Below, piece by piece: positions 14,645 to 27,344 of a stretch of 64,000 nt of DNA. Source of the DNA: Octopus vulgaris (lineage: Eukaryota); the NCBI GenBank assembly GCA_951406725.2, contig OX597816.1:15686001-15750000 (forward strand), in the 5' to 3' direction. Below the pieces are notes generated by a model. That model worked only from the letters and a program-made list of their open reading frames with translations. It was not told the origin of the DNA and made no database searches. A program made the position numbers and the translations under genes. Every line of letters starts with the position of its first letter. The first letter of the stretch is position 1.

Positions 14645-14858
14645 AGAAGTATGAAGTTATACCCAAATTCTATGTTCTTATTGTTATTACAGTGTCCTTT
14701 GTTATTACATCATAGCCCACCCTTGGATACGGACAATCTGTGTGTATAAGCAATGGTGGGAGTTCAGCACGATTAACATTAGATCTGATTTGATACCTAT
14801 GTGGTTTAATTGTCATGGACTCAGTGCATCCAATCATACTTATACATATATATATATA

Positions 14859-15267
14859 GGCGTGGGAGTGGCTGTGCGGTAAGTAGCTTGCTTATGAACC
14901 ACATGGTTCCAGGTTCAGTCCCACTGTGTGGCACCTTGGGCAAGTGTCTTCTACTTGCCTCAGGCCGACCAAAGCCTTGTGAGTGGATTTGGTAGACAGA
15001 AACTGAAAGAAGCCCATCATATATATGTATATATGTATATGTATGCGTGTATATGTTTGTATGTCTGTGTTTGTCCCCCCAACATCACTTGACAACTGAT
15101 GCTGGTGTGTTTACGTCCCCGTAACTTAGTGGTTCGGCAAAAGAGACCTATAGAATAAGTACTAGGCTTACAAAAGAATAAGTCCCGGGGTCGATTTGCT
15201 CAACTAAAAAAGGCAGTGCTCCAGCATGGCCACAGTCAAATGACTGAAACAAGTAAATGAGAGAAAG
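14859..15267 (+). mobile_element. SINE family B
   Basis: Full-length match to the copies at 7965 and 32029. Confidence 0.88.
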
Positions 15268-15329
15268 ATATATATATATATAGATACAGTATTCTATATA
15301 GATAGATAGATAGATAGATAGACAGACAA

Positions 15330-15360
<31 letters not shown>

Positions 15361-15905
15361 TATAGATGTGTATTGTAAAATGTAAATCATGACATGATGT
15401 ACATATATACAGATAGATAGATAGTCGAAAAATTAGTGTCTGGTTCTTGATTGAAACGATATGAAAATAAATCAATGCTCTACCATGACTAATGTCTAGA
15501 CTGATACTGTTGTATATTTTATTTAAATGATCATTGCTCCATTTCAAGTTTTCATGGTAATGATCAAAGCTCATTATTATTTCAGCGTATAATTTTTTCA
15601 CTCTCTCTTCCTCTCTCTCGCCTATATTTTTGTCTTAACGTTCCTCTGATTTAGTGGGTGGTTACGAACTATTCTTCTTCCTTTCCATAATTTTTTTTGT
15701 TTTAATTTTATTTAATCTCTTTATGATCATAAAGTTTCCAATAGAAAAATACAATATTTGAAATTAAATATTAATAAAATACTAATAAAAACTCTTTCTT
15801 TTCAACTAATATTTTTTTGTCTTTTGTTGTTTTTTTAATACATTTTGAAAAAAAAAAAATATTCTTATTTTATTCATTTGTTTAATTTTTTTCTTCTTCT
15901 TTCAG

Positions 15906-15942
15906 TTTATTGAGAGGCGTTACAGAGAAGAAATGGCAAAGG
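15906..15942 (+). CDS. Candidate 37-nt host exon (FIERRYREEMAK, or LLRGVTEKKWQR, or 5'UTR plus ATG GCA AAG G)
   Basis: A long polypyrimidine tract ends in TTTCAG at 15905, and a consensus donor AGG|GTGAGT starts at 15943. Two frames are open. It lies in a ~1.2-kb block free of interspersed repeats. The product was not recognised. Confidence 0.6.
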
Positions 15943-17074
15943 GTGAGTGCATTTTCTCTTTCATTTTCTTTTATCTTTTTCCCTTTTTTTTCTTTCATTC
16001 TTGTTTTCCACAATCTGAACTTATTTGAAAGTTAAATTGTAGTTCATAGTTTATTATTGCATTTTATTTATTTTCATATCTCTTCTATCCTTAATTTCTG
16101 TTTTCTGCATTTTTTTCTTTTATATCTTGGCAACACCATCACCTTGAGGTCTCGAGGTCTTTATCTATTTTTCATTCACAGTCTCTTATTTCTTTCTCCA
16201 GCCTCCCACTTTCATATATTCCCTCCCCCCCCCCATCACCTATTTTGGCATTTCTTGTTGCCCAATTTTTTTTTGCTTTCTTTAAATTTTTTTCCCTTAT
16301 ATTTTTACCACTGACCTTGATTCTTCAGAGAAGAAAACAAAAATGATAGCTATTCTTTTAACTAACTAAATAGCTGTGATGTCTCTTGACACTTATTCAT
16401 TTTGTTATAAATGCATTTTTTTTTTTCCGTCCTTGTTTTTCATTTAAAGATATTCTTCTCGGGGAAATATGAGAATTTGCTTTTCTTTTCCTCCAAATTT
16501 TTATATGATCAGGTATCATACTTTCAGATATCTTACCATTTTATCACGGAATTAAATTTATATTTTTTTAATTGATCTGTTTTAGAAAATGAATGCATAT
16601 CTTATTGCATTTTCCTCTGTATTTCTCACTCTCTCTATTTTTCTCTCTCTCACTCTCTTAATTTATATGTGTGTGTGTGTGTGTGTGATGGGCTTTGTAC
16701 AGTTTCTGTCTCCCAAGTCAGCTGCAAGACATTAGTCATTCTGGAACTGTAGTAGGAGATACTTGCCTAAGGTGTTGTACAGTGTATTTGAGCCCAAAAT
16801 GTTATGGTTACAAAGCAAACTACTAACTACAGTGGATTTGGTAGATAGTCCTTAAAAGAAGCCTACTGTATGTATGTGTGTGTCCTCATCTTCACACAGC
16901 TTGATAGCTGTAAACAAGTGTCACCACCATGTAAGTGGTGTAACAGTTTTCTGTGAAAACATGTTCAGCCATGGGGAAACATTACCGTGCTTGGAAATGG
17001 AGGGTTTGTAACTGGAAGGATATCCAGATGAAGAAAATCTGCCTCAAAGAATTTATGCAAGTGGACATTAAAAA

Positions 17075-17112
<38 letters not shown>

Positions 17113-17116
<4 letters not shown>

Positions 17117-17324
17117 TAATAATAAAATATTAGGGAATAAATCCAAACTTACAGGGAAAAATCAGATTTAGGATTATATCCAATTTTATTGTAAAATGTA
17201 TTATATAATATTAAATTAGAGATAAAACCACTATTAGGCAAATCAAACAATGAAAAACATAAGCCAATACATAAAATTAATTAATTTATATTATTTTAAA
17301 TATATATCAAAAGTATTAAAAGTT
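17113..17324. repeat. ~210-bp AT-rich interspersed repeat; near-identical copy at 33328-33546
   Basis: Both copies start directly after a long (TA)n tract with AAATTAATAATAAAATATTAGGGAATAAATCC and end at AAGTATTAAAAGTT. Confidence 0.85.
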
Positions 17325-17522
17325 TAATAAAAGATAAAGAGTATATATATATCATCCTCCTCCTCATCATCATCATAGGTCCAGTTTTCCATGCTGGCAT
17401 GGATTAGATGATTTGACGGGGGCTGGCTTGGCAGAAAACTGCACCAGGCTTCACTGTCAGTTTTGGCAGGGTTTTCACAGCAGGATGCCTTTCCTAACAC
17501 CAACCACCTTACATATAAATAT

Positions 17523-17835
17523 GTGAAGGCATGTGGCTTAGGCATTAGGATATTCAGTTCAGAATCATAACGTCGTGAATTCAATCCCCAGTGGCACATC
17601 ATGTCCTTGATCTTGACACTCTGTATCTCATTGCTCCAATTCACTCAGCTGGCAGAAATGAGCTGTACCAGTATTTCAAAGGTCTAGACTTGTCACATTC
17701 TATGTCAGACTGAATCTCCCTGGGAACTACATTATCTGTGAGCGGCCAGCCATTTGCACGTAGATTTTATGAGCTGGCTGTTCAGTTGATCCGATCAACT
17801 GGAACACTTGTTATTGTAACCGACAGAGAACCAGG

Positions 17836-17837
<2 letters not shown>
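17523..17837 (+). mobile_element. SINE family D, tail type 4
   Basis: Head GTGAAGGCATGTGGCTTAGG; tail CTGAATCTCCC...GGAACACTTGTTATTGTAACCGACAGAG is shared with 20081-20369(-) and partly with 60805-61007(-). Confidence 0.75.
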
Positions 17838-17885
<48 letters not shown>

Positions 17886-17930
17886 CCATGTCCTCGCGTT
17901 GTGTTTTTTTGTGTTTTCTTGTTTGGATTA

Positions 17931-17976
<46 letters not shown>

Positions 17977-18002
17977 CATACACACAGGCCTGTGTATGTG
18001 TA

Positions 18003-18041
<39 letters not shown>

Positions 18042-18133
18042 TTGCAAACACACACACACACACACACACACAGACATATATGTATGTATCTATATGTATT
18101 CCTGTGTATGTAGCTGTACATGTGTATAAGTAC

Positions 18134-18457
18134 GATAATGCAAGTTTGTATATATGGAAATGTATGTATATAGCTACTACAGATTTTTTTATATCTACTT
18201 CTTACATTAAATGCAATTATTCTTAGATCTTTCTCCCTCTCTAACCAGTGCAGTTTCATAGGGTTTAAAGATTAAATATTCATATGTATGTGTCCGTATG
18301 TATGCATATGTATGTATGATAATGCAAGTTTGTATATATGGCAATGTATGAATATAGCTATTACAAATTTTTTAATATTTATTTTATACACTATATGTAA
18401 TCTTTTATGGATCTCTCTCTCTAACCAGTGCAGTTTTATAGGGTTTAAAGTTTAAAT
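18134..18457. repeat. Local direct duplication (~140-bp units)
   Basis: GATAATGCAAGTTTGTATATATGG...CTAACCAGTGCAGTTT.ATAGGGTTTAAAG occurs at 18134 and 18318. Confidence 0.8.
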
Positions 18458-18924
18458 TCAAATTTACATATAATTATATTTCCTTTCTTTTCTTTCCTCA
18501 TTTGAATTTTTTTAAGTTGGTAAAAAAAAATATAATGACTAGAATTTCAAAAGAAAAATGAAAGAGAGAAAGATATTAAATGTAAATTTGGATTTGAACT
18601 TTAATCCTTATCACGATAAACTTGATATAGTATAGATCCCGATGAAAGAAAAATCTATATCTGGACATTTTTAATATTATAATTGCTCTAACAACAATAT
18701 AAATTTAACTATAAACTACATAGTTGAATGAATATAATATTCGTAGAAAGCAAGTCACAGAGAAATCAAAGATTAAAGCAGAGGAAATTGAGAGAGAGAG
18801 AGAGAGAGTAAAGCAAAAAAGCAGTAAGGATGGAGTGTGGGAGAATGGATATCTTTGTCTCTTATGATGAATAATATTCAGTACTTGGTAAAGTTGGAGA
18901 GAAAAGTGTTTGCTTGTTGTAACA

Positions 18925-19320
18925 GGTGCTGGTGTGACTGTGTGGTAAGAAGCTTGCTACTCAACCTCATGGTTCCTGGTTCAGTTCTACTGTGAGGCAC
19001 CTGGGCCAAGTGTCTTTTACTATGGCCTTGGGTTGACCAAAGCGTTGTGAGTGGATTTAGTGGATGGAAACTAAAAGAAGCCTGTTGTATAGATATATGT
19101 ATGTGTCTGTGTTTGTCCCCCACCACCACAACCACTTGACAACTGATGTTGCTGTGTTTATGTCCCCGTAACTTAGCGGTTCAGAAAAAGTGACTGATAG
19201 AATAAGTACCAGGCTTCAAAAAAATACCAGCAATGGAGTCACTCCATTCAACTAGCAATTCTTCAAGGTGCTGCTCCAGCATGGTCGCGGTCTAATGACT
19301 GAAACAAGTAAAAGATAAAA
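18925..19320 (+). mobile_element. SINE family B
   Basis: Same head, body and GACTGAAACAAGTAAAAGA tail. Confidence 0.8.
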
Positions 19321-19446
19321 ATACAAAAGCATAACAATACTTGTCATTGGCTTTTTTTTTAATCAGAACTCATGGCGCTGATTACCATTATTGTTAGTAT
19401 TCTAGATGAAAGCTGCCATTTCATATATTTTGAGCAGCAGGTACAT

Positions 19447-19670
19447 TTAACTATTTGGCATTTAAACTGGTCATATCCAGCCCAAATATTCTGTTTTATG
19501 TTCAAACTAGCCAGATCCTGCCTCTCACAACTACTTTACAATATCATTCTATAAACAAACAATTACATCATCAAAATATCAAAGCTCAGAGATGACGCAT
19601 GATTAATATAAAACAATGTGAATAAATAAGCCTTAGATTTGTCAGAGTAATCTGAATACTAAAGGGTTAA
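19447..19670. mobile_element. TTAA-bounded MITE (piggyBac-like ends)
   Basis: Starts TTAACTATTTGGCATT and ends AATACTAAAGGGTTAA: imperfect TIR with TTAA at both ends. Confidence 0.55.
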
Positions 19671-19947
19671 GGATAGATACATAGAAATATTCATACTGAC
19701 ACATACATATGCTCACACACACACACACATACATACATATATGCATACATGCAAGGTGCAGGTATAGCTGTGCAGTTAAGTTCAGTGGTAGCTTAGAAAA
19801 ATACCTTCTGCTATAGCAGAAGGGAAGGAGATAGACAAAGAACATGCTGTCTTCACTTCAGCTTTACCTTTTTACCTTCTTGTAGATTTTAGGTAAAATT
19901 ACTCTAAAGTGTCCATCTGTTTTAATTTAATTAAATTCTATGTCTTT

Positions 19948-20035
19948 ATGCAACTGAGGATTGCTCTGCATTTAAATTGATGTAATGATTGCATTGTTCA
20001 ATTAGATGGTGTTGCTTGAAACGATCGTACTGCAT
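19948..20035 (+). ncRNA. Type I hammerhead ribozyme motif, intact core
   Basis: ATGCAA-CTGAGGA (19954-19960), then a long stem II (CATTT/AGATG, AATTGA/TCAATT), then GAAA-CGATCG-TA-CTGCAT. Stem III is the palindrome ACGATCGT. Predicted cleavage after 20029. Confidence 0.7.
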
Positions 20036-20366
20036 TACCACTGGATATCCGTGTCACTTATTTTGATTATATATATATATAAGGGGTACTCTGTCGGTTG
20101 CGATGACGAGGGTCCCAGCTGATACTGTCAACGGAACAGCTTGTTCGTGAAATTAACATGCAAGTGGCTGAGCACTACACAAACACATGTACCCTTAACA
20201 CATAGTTCTCGGGGAGATTCAGCGTGACACAGTGTGTGACAGCTGAGTGGACTGGAGCAGTGTGAAATAAAGTGTCTTGCTCAAGGACACAATGTGCCGC
20301 CGGGAATTGAATTCACGACCTTACAATCATGAGCCGAATACCCCTAACCACTAAGCCACGTGCCTT

Positions 20367-20427
<61 letters not shown>

Positions 20428-20476
20428 CATACATATACATTGATACATGTCTACATTGTGGAAGAGTCATTTAAGT

Positions 20477-20740
20477 CATTCAAGAAGACAGCAAAACTCT
20501 TTACATTCACTTTATGTCTGTATTTTAATAGTTCTGTCTATTCTGATTTCACAAAAAGTTTCATTACAATTCTCTGACTTGCTTACTGACGTTATTCTCT
20601 TACATCTCAGAGACGCCTAAGTGTGTCAGTACCAATTTGCAGAAGTACGACAAAACTTTTTGAAACCTTATAATAGAGAGTAACTATAATAGAGAAATAA
20701 ATGAAAAGTGGATATAAATGATTTTGTGCCTTCTTAAATG
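20477..20740. repeat. Degenerate foldback with ~85-bp inverted arms
   Basis: Left CATTCAAGAAGACAGCAAAA...AAAAAGTTTC; reverse complement of right CATTTAAGAAGGCACAAAA...AAAAAGTTTT. Confidence 0.6.
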
Positions 20741-20897
20741 TTTCCTCTAATCATTTCAGTTTGAACAGATAGTGACAGTCTCGGATTAAGCCATTTATCA
20801 AACAAGTAAAATTTCGAAAGATATATATATCTTTAATCTTTATATATATATATATATATAAGAATGTGCATTGTCTGCTTGATTGGAAAATTTCTAT

Positions 20898-20987
20898 AAG
20901 CAGCTGAAGATTGCTCGACATTTTAAAACTGATGTAATACTTACAATGTTTAATAAAATGAAGTAGCATGAAATGATTGTACCACAT
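20898..20987 (+). ncRNA. Type I hammerhead motif, second copy of the 19948 family (CpG-decayed)
   Basis: CTGAAGA at 20904-20910; stem II TGCT/AGCA, CATTTT/AAAATG, TGTAA/TTACA; GAAA-TGATTG-TA. Same downstream flank as the first copy (CATTAC...CTTATTTTGATTATATA). Confidence 0.6.
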
Positions 20988-21532
20988 TACCTCGGATATA
21001 CTTGTTGCTTATTTTGATTATATATAGCAAATAAGAAAACAGGAGAATAAGTGGTTCATCAACTTTAAGACATTAAGTTATGTTAACTTATTTATTTACT
21101 AAACTGATAATTACAATAACTTACATACATATAGCATATAACATATTATTTACATATAAGATATAAAATATTGTAATATATAAGGATACCAGTAATTATT
21201 ATAAAAAACATGAATATATATACATGCACACACACACACACACTGACTGTAGAAGTGTGAGATTAGAAAGTGTGCATAATTAGACTCTTTAGAGTGGTTT
21301 ACCCTATAGATCTGAACTATGACAAAGGAGGGGTGGTCATATTTTATGTACCTTGTTTGCCAAATTAAAATATGCACTGTTGTTCCATTATATGCAAATG
21401 CGTATGTATTAAGACAGACATACATATCTAAATACATACATACTCATTCCCTTCCGGTCATTTCAATATGTGACCACCTGTGTATCGTTGGCAATTTTCT
21501 TTCTCCGTCTTCCCTTCTTTGGACTTTTTCTA

Positions 21533-21568
21533 TTTTCCTGACGAAGAGCTCTGCTCAAAACGTAAATT
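21533..21568 (+). ncRNA. Minimal hammerhead motif, degenerate (GAAA to AAAA)
   Basis: CTGACGA-A-GAGC-TCT-GCTC-AAAA-CG-TA. Sister copy of the motif at 22114. Confidence 0.55.
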
Positions 21569-21618
21569 CCTCCTTCTTTTTTTTCCTTTCCTGAGCATCT
21601 GGAGTAACACTGTACTTA

Positions 21619-22021
21619 GCTTGCTAACCAACCACATGGTACCGGGTTCAGTCCCACTGCGTGGCATCTTGGGCAAGTGTCTTCTGCTATAGCCCCGGGC
21701 CAACCAATGCCTTGTGAGTGGATTTGGTAGACAGAAACTGAAAGAAGCCTGTCGTATATATGTATATATATATATGTATGTGTGTGTATATGTTTGTGTG
21801 TCTGTGTTTGTCCCCCTAGCATTGCTTGACAACCGATGCTGGTGTGTTTATGTCCCCGTTACTTAGCGGTTCGGCAAAAGAGACCGATAGCATAAGTACT
21901 GGGCTTACAAAAAAAAGAATAAGTTCCGGGGTCGAGTTGCTCGATTAAAGGCGGTGCTCCAGCATGGCCGCAGTCAAATGACTGAAACAAGTAAAAGAGT
22001 AAAAGAGTAAAGAGTATCTAA
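21619..22021 (+). mobile_element. SINE family B, 5'-truncated, inserted into a hammerhead-bearing tandem repeat
   Basis: 14-bp TSD TAACACTGTACTTA at 21605-21618 and 22022-22035; (GAGTAAAA)n-like tail. Confidence 0.9.
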
Positions 22022-22113
22022 TAACACTGTACTTATTCCACGTCCTTACATTGTTGTGTTTTCTCTTTGTTCATGTTTGGATTTTCCCTTCTTTGGATCT
22101 TTCCTTTTCCTAT

Positions 22114-22148
22114 GTTTCTGACGAAGAGCTCCTCTTGAAACGTTAAAC
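22114..22148 (+). ncRNA. Minimal type I hammerhead motif
   Basis: GTTT-CTGACGA-A-GAGCTCCTCTT-GAAA-CG-TT-AAAC. Stem I GTTT/AAAC; stem III is the palindrome ACGT; GUU cleavage triplet. Confidence 0.65.
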
Positions 22149-22354
22149 CCTCTTTCTTTCCTGAGCGTCCAATAATACTATACTTGTTCCACGTCCTTGT
22201 GTTTTTGTGTTTTCTCTTTGAGTTTTCATGTTTGGATTAACTATATATATATATATATACACACACACACATACCCACCCATACACACACATAAATACAT
22301 ATGTATATGCATACATACACACACACCTATACCCACTCACACACACATATATAA

Positions 22355-22400
<46 letters not shown>

Positions 22401-22436
22401 GTACACTTTGTTCTCTTATATGTAAGTACACATTTC

Positions 22437-22493
<57 letters not shown>

Positions 22494-22507
22494 GCCATAT
22501 GTGTGCA

Positions 22508-22714
22508 TTAACCTTTTTCATACTATACTTATGTTGAAAGACATTTTCTTTCAATTAATTTTAAAAATAACTTTGTCCTTATTAACCTGATCTTTTGGAA
22601 CATAAATTACCATAAAATTTTGCTGGAAGGTTTTGATTTAGATTTCTTTAAAACAGGAAGTTTGTATCATAGAATCGGAGGTGGATTCAGGCAGGCTGGT
22701 ATCAAAAGGGATAA
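22508..22714. mobile_element. TTAA-bounded MITE, second family
   Basis: TTAACCTTTT...AAAAGGGATAA. The reverse complement matches 45691-45920 (TCAACTCTTT...AAAGGCTTAA) throughout. Confidence 0.6.
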
Positions 22715-22715
22715 C

Positions 22716-22746
<31 letters not shown>

Positions 22747-23529
22747 AATAATGTGAGTGTATGTATGTATTTTGGCTTTAAGTCACAAGTGTAGCTTTAC
22801 GCTTAATTAAGAAACATATGTGCTTTACTTTGTGTAGTGAGTTTTATTTTTTCTGTTTGTACTGCCAAACTAGTGTGTGTGTGTGCATGCGTGCATGTGT
22901 GTGTGTGTGTGATATCAAGAAATGTATATATGTATGTATTTATATAAAGTCTGACAAGTTTTACCTTCAGAGTGCTTTTTGCATGTCTGAAAGCCACACC
23001 TAGCAAGGAACTCAGAGTAATAAGTTACAATAAATTTCTTAACCTGATATAAAATAACTCTGCGAGTTTCATATTCCTTGTATGTTTAATATAAAGTAAT
23101 AGTTTTATATTAACCGTATAAAGCTACTATTATTACTGTTGCTAAAATACATGTGTGTGTGTGTGTAAGTATTCTGTTATTTCTATTATTACAACTGGAA
23201 AGAAAAACTTCATTGACTGGTTCAACATTAACGATATTTGGTTACAGGAACGTCATAAACATGTGAATGTACCACTGCTTCAATAAATAAACCAACAACT
23301 ATTTCAATGGAATATATCTGATCACTTAGACTGCACTGGATTTCTATTTTCTGCTAGTTTTCCATTGCTGTATTATTGATTTCTATTGACTTGACTCAAA
23401 ACCAGTTTTGTAAGAGAAGATGCATTGTTTAATTGTATATTTGACCCCCAGTATATAACTGGTCCTTAGGTTATGGGTTCATGTTGAGAGACAAATTCAG
23501 GCACCTAATAGAAATTTTTTTTATATAAC

Positions 23530-23955
23530 AGACGACCTGCCGTGCTTACCTTGGATCGTAGGGTGACCTGCTGTGCTTCAGGAGACCTATTGAGTCAAGT
23601 ATATCAACATCAAAATAAATATCAAATGGAAATTGTAGTTGTGGTACCTGTGCCAGTGGCACGTAAAAAGCACCATCCAAACGTGGCCGATGCCAGCACT
23701 GCCTTGACTGGCTTCTGTGCCGGTGGCAAGTAAAAAGCACCAACCGATCGTGGCCATTGCCAGCCTCCCCTGGCACATAAAAAGCAACCACTACACTCCT
23801 GGAGTGGTTGGCGTTAGGAAGGGCATCCAGCTGTAGAAACACTGCCAAATCAGACTGGAGCCTGGTGCAGCCTCCTGGCTTCCCACACCCCGGTTGAACC
23901 ATCGAACCCTTGCTAGCACAGAAAATGGACATTAAACGATGATGCTGATGATGAG
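23530..23955 (+). mobile_element. Repeat family C, long copy
   Basis: Contains GGCACGTAAAAAGCACC sub-repeats and the family C terminus with a (GAT)n-like tail. Confidence 0.8.
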
Positions 23956-24049
23956 ATGACCTCACAGCTATTTGCAGCTTCAGTCAATGCCTCATTCATT
24001 GTTTCCTATATCAGAGTTGATGAATCTCATGTAGGAATGTCACTGGCTG

Positions 24050-24420
24050 CCATAAGCCAGGCACCTTCCCTGTCCAGCGGTTGGTCTGCCTAGACTCACT
24101 ACTTCCCTCTGTGTTATGTTCTATGCATACAATCAGTTAGGCTCTTGTTTCTAATCTGTTTTTTGGTCCTGTCAGTTCACAAGTGTCTTTGATTGCCTCT
24201 TGCTCTCCACATTTCCTGTCAGGTTAGCCTTGATCAGCGACTTGTGTGTTTTTTATAATATGGTTTCTGTATATGTTACTTTAGTGTCGTGCATTAATAC
24301 AGTGTGATATATATATAGTACCATAGAAAGGGGTAGACACCTGCTGCCTCCACTTGATGTATTCCCAAATACTCTGCCAACATCTATTTGACTTGGCTGG
24401 TTGTAAGTACATATTAATGA
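24050..24420 (-). mobile_element. Possible very old LINE (RTE-like) 3' remnant
   Basis: Minus-strand GNVESKRQ...KSLTDCMH resembles the GxVEGKRxRGR...LxEC end of RTE ORFs. Weak similarity only. Confidence 0.3.
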
Positions 24421-24610
24421 CAAGACCCAACAAGGTCAAAATACATCTAGTTTTTCTTGCTAATTTCTGTTGAGATGATATTTCATCTTCCTCTGAAATA
24501 TATATTTCAGTCCCACTGCGTGACACCTTGGGCAAGTGTCTTATACTACAGCTGACCAAAGCCTTGTGAGTGGATTTGGTAGATGGAAACTAAAAGAAGC
24601 CTGTCATGTG

Positions 24611-24647
<37 letters not shown>

Positions 24648-24881
24648 ATATATTTATATGTGTGTGTGTGTGTCTGTTTGTCAACCCACAATTGCTTGAC
24701 AACTGATGCTGGTGTGTTTGTGTCCCAATAACTTCGAGGTTTGGCAAAAGGAACCGATAGAATAAGTACTAGGCTTATAAAGATTAAGTTCCAGGGTCAA
24801 TTTCTTTGACTAAAACCCTTTAAGATGGTGCTCCAGCATGGTTGCAACCAAATGACTGAAACGTATAAAAGAATGAATGAA

Positions 24882-24943
<62 letters not shown>

Positions 24944-27344
24944 CATTCATACATACATACATATAGTGTTTCTAAAGAGAGCATGTTAATAAGAGATGTT
25001 TATTTTGGATGAAAATCTCAGTAACTTGCCTTATCAACAGTGTACATACATTATGATATTTTTCCTGTTTATTTCATATCATTACATTTGTGAGAATATC
25101 ATAATTGGTTATAGATTTCTAATAGGACAAACACTAGTTCATTGTATTTCCAATACCATGAGTGATAAAACAGTTTTTGTTTTAACTGGAGCAGAAGAAA
25201 ATATCCCAAGGTATATTTATTCATCAACCATGGTTTAATGTCAAAATTTCTGAACTGAAGAATTGTCATAGGTGCAAGCATGGTCGTGTGGTTAAGAAGA
25301 TCACTTCCCAATCATCTGCTTTTGAGTTTAGTTCTATGAAATGACACTGTGAGCAAGTGTTTTCTGCTTTAGTTCTAGGCCTTCTGGGAAACTGAGAGAA
25401 GCCTGCCTTGTGTGCATGGTGGTGCTAGTGGGTACGTGTTTTTATTTCCTTGCCTTGACATTGCATGGTAGTTGCAAACAAATTTTGCCATCTGTCAAGA
25501 CGTGTCTGTCCATTAGGAAAATAGTACTTTGCTTGGGGACAGGTGTGAGGGTTGGCGTAACAGCAAGGGCAGCTAGCCATAGCAAATCTGCCTTAATGAG
25601 TTCTGTCTGACCCATGCAGGCAAAGAAAAGTGAATATCAAAATGATGATGATGACATTCAGACTCATCATCATCATCATTATCATTTAACATCTGCTTCC
25701 CATGCTAGCATCGGTTGGACGATTTGACTGAGGTCTGGAGAACCAGATGGCTGCACCAGACTCCAATCTGATCTGGCAAAGTTTCTACAGCTGGATGCCC
25801 TTCCTAACGCCAACCACTCCAAGAGTGTAGTGGGTGCTTTTACATGCCACCGGCACGAGGGCCAGTTTGGTAGTACTGGCAACATAATGTCCTCAACTAT
25901 GTAGAAGGGATAGATTGTTCTTCAGTTGTGTTGGGTATTTGTGAAGCTAGAGAGAGAGAGAGACTGGAGTGTTGAGTGGAACAACTACTTCAAGACTTGG
26001 TAGTCTTCAGTGCTCCAACTATCCAATTAGTTTAAGATGAACCACTTCTACACCCCCACCGACATCCCACATCCAGAGCAAGGTCCTTCCTTATTTGATG
26101 TAGCTACACTTCTGGTGCCACCTCAGAGGAATGCAGAAATTTTCCATTTTTGTTCTATACGTTGCCTTTAATATTATTTGTCTTTATTGAATGTTAACTT
26201 CAGCTTCCTGAAGACAACTAATATCATTTGATTTCATTTCCTATGGGTCTATCTATAATGGAGTGGGGGAGGGGGAGACAAAGAAGGAAAAAAGGACGAA
26301 ACACTTTTCTTTATGCTTGACAGAATATAAGGATGATTTTAAAAAATTATTTCGAATGGTAATTGTTTTCTTTCCTCACAAATTAGATACAATATTTTCT
26401 GTCTTTTTCATCCTGTGCTTTCTTCTTCTAATGTTAATTTACATAAATTTTAAAATAACTCAATTATGTTGCAGGAAAAAAAAAATTGCTTTAATCCAAT
26501 TTAAAAATAAAAAGATGCACAAACAAAAAGAGAAGTTAATAATAATATTAATGATGATGATAATAATAATAATAACAACTTGGAATGGGTGGTGTTTGGT
26601 GCATCTGCATTCTTTTTAAGACTTACCTACTATATACAGACAGATATTAGCACAGACATGATATTCAATAGAAAGAAGTTAATGATGCTTTGATCAATAT
26701 TTGACCTTAAAAACTTGTCTTCTTCTTGTGAATATCTTTCCTTCCAGCAAGATAAGACTAGACAGAAAGTAGTCATGAAATAATAACAATAAAAATCTAT
26801 AGAGAGATATTAAACTAAGTATTGGTTAACTAATCTCAATGAAAACTCTTTAAAGCTACTTATTTTATAAGTTGGTTCATATGAGATATTTAACTACACG
26901 TTTTGTGGCTGATATTAACAGCTGTTTCTTTTCCTGTCGTTCACAAACGATATGTGTATTTATATATAAAGGGTTTTACTGGAAGGCAGATTCTATCAAA
27001 ACATATAATAAATCTTTGATTTGTTCATATGTTATAGCTTAAAGGAAATACTGATTTAATATAAAACCTAAAGATATTTCCACATGGTCATTTTTTGGTT
27101 TCTAAAAACACAATTTGTGATGATGAGAACAATAACTGTGAGACATGCAGCTGGCTCGGTTAAAAAAGATGATTTCTATCTTTTTCACCAATTTTATCCT
27201 TGATTACAATCTTCACTCTCAATGACCATATACAAAGTTGGTGTGAAGAGGTACAATATTAAAAACTGTATAAATCTACAACTTTGTTTCACAGCAGTAG
27301 TATGTATGTTCTAACTCTCTCAAACCTCGGCCCAAGTTTAAATC

